Shown here: positions 60,249 to 64,000 of the stretch, piece by piece | How positions within the stretch are numbered: the stretch's first letter is position 1 | How the letters are laid out: the number at the start of each line of letters is the position of its first letter | DNA from: Eledone cirrhosa | Lineage: Eukaryota | Assembly: GCA_964016885.1 (NCBI GenBank) | Contig: OZ024747.1 | Span: 16,306,001-16,370,000, forward strand | Length of the DNA: 64,000 nt | Direction: 5' to 3' | The notes under the pieces: model-generated | The model's input: only the letters and a program-made list of their open reading frames with translations | What the model was told of the DNA's origin: nothing | The model's database searches: none | Position numbers and translations under genes: made by a program

Positions 60249-61248
60249 ATATATATATATATAAACACATGTGAGTGTGTAGGATATTAGTAGATAACAT
60301 GTCTAGGAAAACAATGCTCAGTTTGATTTATCGCATTTTTGTCCGAGTGTTCAATGAGGGGTCAGTTCGACGAGTTTCTTCTACTATACATTAGTGGGTA
60401 TAACTGGAATCCGAAGCCAATCGTCCTATACCTCCCTCCTCAACCACATTACTCTAAGTCTAGTACTTTTAATCTTCCCTAACAGCTCTAATAGTCATAA
60501 GGATTCTCACTACCAGATACAATTACGCCACCTAAACATCGTCCACTAGAAATGTCCCGTTTGTGTATCACTCGGTTTGGTCCCTTTAAAGTAAAATACC
60601 TAAATCCACACACTTACCCACACTCCAATTTATGTATTATATAGGTACAGGCACACACACATTTATAACGATATGCGCGCACACACACTCACATATATAT
60701 AATTTGAGCAATTTGTATCCATTTTACAGTCGCTCGTTTCAAGTTCTAAATGTGATTATATTATGTGCTCTTATCATGCATTCTGTAATTCCCAATATAT
60801 CTTATCATCATATTTGTATTATATTTGTAGCCATTTATCGTATATCATTGTTCTCTTATCATAAAATAACTATTGTCAGTGAGTAGATACATTCTAGGAT
60901 TTATAACCAACACTAACGAAACGCTATAATATTAAGCTTCTATATTTTAGATTTCATTTTCTTATCTTAAAATAGTGTAGTTACCTTTTTTTTACATTTC
61001 TAAATTTTAAATCATGAACATTATTTCAAAGAACTGCTTGAAATATAACTGGTGAAGCGTAAGTGTAATGAAGAATTGAAATGTCAAAGATATATTATTA
61101 ATATAGATCTTGTGGAATTATTTGTGGGGGTTAAGAAAAAGAAATGTTATAAATGAACTATAACACTATATATATGAACTATATATATATAAATGTGTAT
61201 ATATATGCATATATGAAGTTGAATTGTTCATACATACATACATACAAC

Positions 61249-61286
<38 letters not shown>

Positions 61287-61290
<4 letters not shown>

Positions 61291-61360
61291 AGTATTATGT
61301 ATACGTACATACATATATGTATACATACGTACAGTAGTATGTATATATATTCATACATGT

Positions 61361-61441
<81 letters not shown>

Positions 61442-62353
61442 CGTATCGGTTTACTGAACATTTATTATAATGCTCGGTGTGTTTGTAAACAAACATCCCG
61501 AATTAAGCCGTACAGTGTTTAGCAACCATCGTTGCCCTTTTGTTCAACACTGACAAAGGAACGATGTAATAGTATCAAGTTTATTAGCTATCGTCAGCAT
61601 CGTATACCTTCCTGCCAGATGATTGAACGTCTGAAGGAATACACTTTCCTTATGCATATTAACGGCTGAGCAGCCTAATTTGCATATCGAGTGAGTTTAG
61701 TCGGCCGGGCGCACCGAAAACGATAAATGGAAAAAATAAAACGAAATTTCATTTCTCACTCTTAGTACGGCAGTTATTTAAATGTAAGTATGTATGTATA
61801 CGTACATACATATATGTATACAGACGTACAGTAGTATCTATATATACATACATGTACACATATATATATATATATGTACGTATCGGTTTACCGAATATTT
61901 ATTATAATGCTCGGTTTGTTTGTAAACAAACTTGTAAACAAACGCCCGACTAAACTCACTCGATATGCAAATTAAGCTGATCAGCCATTAATATCCATAA
62001 GGAACGTTATATACTTTCAGACGTTCAATCAGCTGGCAGGAAGGTATAAGATACTGACGATAGCTAATAAGCTTGAAACTAGTACATCGTTCCTTTGTCA
62101 GTGTTGAACAAAAGGGCAATGATGGTTGCTAAACACTGTACGGCTTAATTCGGGCTGTTTGTTTACAAACAAACGGTGCATTATAATAAATATTCGGTAA
62201 ACCGATACGTACATATATATATGTGTACAAGTATGTATATATATACATACTACTGTACGTCTGTATAGATATATTTATGTACGTATACATACATACTTAC
62301 ATTTAAGTAGCTGCCCTACTAAGAGTGAGAAATGATATTTCGTTTCATTTTTT

Positions 62354-62356
<3 letters not shown>
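61287..62356. mobile_element. Non-coding hammerhead family F: ~1.4 tandem monomers (-) joined head-to-head to one monomer (+), in (TA)n; retrozyme-like
   Basis: 61287-61495 is repeated at 61782-61931. 61940-62356 is the inverted monomer. No ORF. Confidence 0.85.
62048..62090 (+). ncRNA. Minimal type-I hammerhead ribozyme motif (family F); mirror copy at 61561-61603 (-)
   Basis: CTGACGA-t-AGCT-aata-AGCT-t-GAAA-ctag-TA-catcgt. Stem I acgatg/catcgt is perfect in the mirror copy. Palindromic actagt stem III. Confidence 0.78.
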
Positions 62357-62429
<73 letters not shown>

Positions 62430-62487
62430 ATATATATATATATATGAATAAAAATATATATAGATATATATATACACATATATATAT

Positions 62488-62545
<58 letters not shown>

Positions 62546-62585
62546 GTATATACACATATATATATATATATATACACATATATAT

Positions 62586-62737
<152 letters not shown>

Positions 62738-62748
62738 ATATATATACG

Positions 62749-62778
<30 letters not shown>

Positions 62779-62779
<1 letters not shown>

Positions 62780-63420
62780 GATATTAAATAAATGGAAACT
62801 ATATTTATAAAACCATATTTATTTCGTTATATATATTTCAGGGATATCATATTAACAATATGTTATGCCATCTTCAGACAAAATACAATATAACCAGTCT
62901 TATAAATAAATAGATACGACATACCTTTCAATCACCTTGCATTTGTGAGGTTGATTTGGCAGTAAAAAATTGTGGACAGTTGTAAAAAGAAAGAGATAAA
63001 GAGAGAAAGAAAGAGAAACGAAGAAAAAGAAGAAATGTATGTGACTAAATAGAGGGATATAGGAAGATAGATAAAGAGAAGACCTTCATGTATAGAAACA
63101 GAGAGAAATATATATAGTGAATTGGGAGTTTGTTTATAATTATGATATAAACATATGAATTTTTAAAAACTAGATATAAGATCATTACTTTTCACACATT
63201 ATAGATACATGTCTCATTCTGAATACTGGTACTTACACTATAATGCCTGTTTTATACGAACTAATATTTTCTACGGATAAAACATAACGGTTTTAAATTC
63301 TGCATCGTTTATGTCTGGTTATGTTTCATTTTCTCTTTTTCATTTTCTCTTTTTTCTCTCTATATAACGGCTATTTTCTCTCTTAACTACATACATCTCT
63401 CTTTACATTAATACTAGAGC

Positions 63421-63451
<31 letters not shown>

Positions 63452-63955
63452 ATGTATCAACCGATACTCAACTTCCTAATTTCTCTATCTATCTCTATCT
63501 ATCTCTTTCTTTTTTTTTTCCCTCTCTCTATATATATTTCTCTCTGTTTCTATACATGAAGGTCTTCTCTTTATCTATCTTTCTATATCCCTCTATTTAG
63601 TCACATACATTTCTTCTTTTTCTTCGTTTCTCTTTCTTTCTCTCTTTATCTCTTTCTTTTTACAACTGTCCACAATTTTTTACTGCCAAATCAACCTCAC
63701 AAATGCAAGGTGATTGAAAGGTATGTCGTATCTATTTATTTATAAGACTGTTTATATTGTATTTTGTCTGAAGATGGCATAACATATTGTTAATATGATA
63801 TCCCTGAAATATATATAACGAAATAAATATGGTTTTATAAATATAGTTTCCATTTATTTAATATCATAAAGATACTCCAAATACTTGTTGAGTGCTTTTA
63901 TATCAGTTATAAATATTTACTCGTTGTTAACCCAACAATTTAAATATAACTTTCC

Positions 63956-63958
<3 letters not shown>
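62779..63958. mobile_element. Fold-back element family A, copy 3: 340-bp left arm; right arm with ~400 bp extra 5' sequence and the tail
   Basis: 62779-63118 is inverted relative to ~63528-63867. Tail 63868-63958 matches copies 1 and 2. Confidence 0.9.
63761..63824 (+). ncRNA. Hammerhead motif (family A, copy 3); mirror at ~62821-62884 (-)
   Basis: ATTTTGT-CTGAAGA-stem II-GAAA-tatata-TA-ACGAAAT; 7-bp stem I with one G-U pair. Confidence 0.75.
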
Positions 63959-63991
<33 letters not shown>

Positions 63992-64000
63992 GTATGTATA

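Overview
AT-rich eukaryotic (animal) intergenic or intronic DNA, saturated with (TA)n, (AAT)n, (CA)n and (CTT)n microsatellites. The SINE family and repeat landscape resemble an octopod cephalopod (inference). No intact host gene could be supported, and most ORF-track entries are microsatellite artefacts. Recognisable content: a decayed L1/Tx1-clade LINE (~0.6-6.0 kb); about 9 copies of a tRNA-derived SINE; a stack of R4/Dong-type RLE LINEs in (AAT)n (35.4-39.3 kb), including an open 821-aa RT-CCHC-RLE frame; two copies of a ~610-bp RTE-5'UTR-like non-autonomous element; and a Penelope-like element (PLE; RT + C-terminal GIY-YIG) arranged as a 3.7-kb head-to-head palindrome. The most striking signal is at least 11 fold-back (5'-to-5' inverted) insertions from about 7 sequence families, nearly all embedded in (TA)n, and many carrying minimal type-I hammerhead ribozyme motifs. 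They share an asymmetric architecture: one arm stops at a family-specific fixed point, while the other carries an extra ~50-95-nt 3' tail. Two further hammerheads show the compensatory U3-A8 core variant. One non-coding family is tandemly repeated (retrozyme-like), and one of its copies starts at the predicted self-cleavage site.
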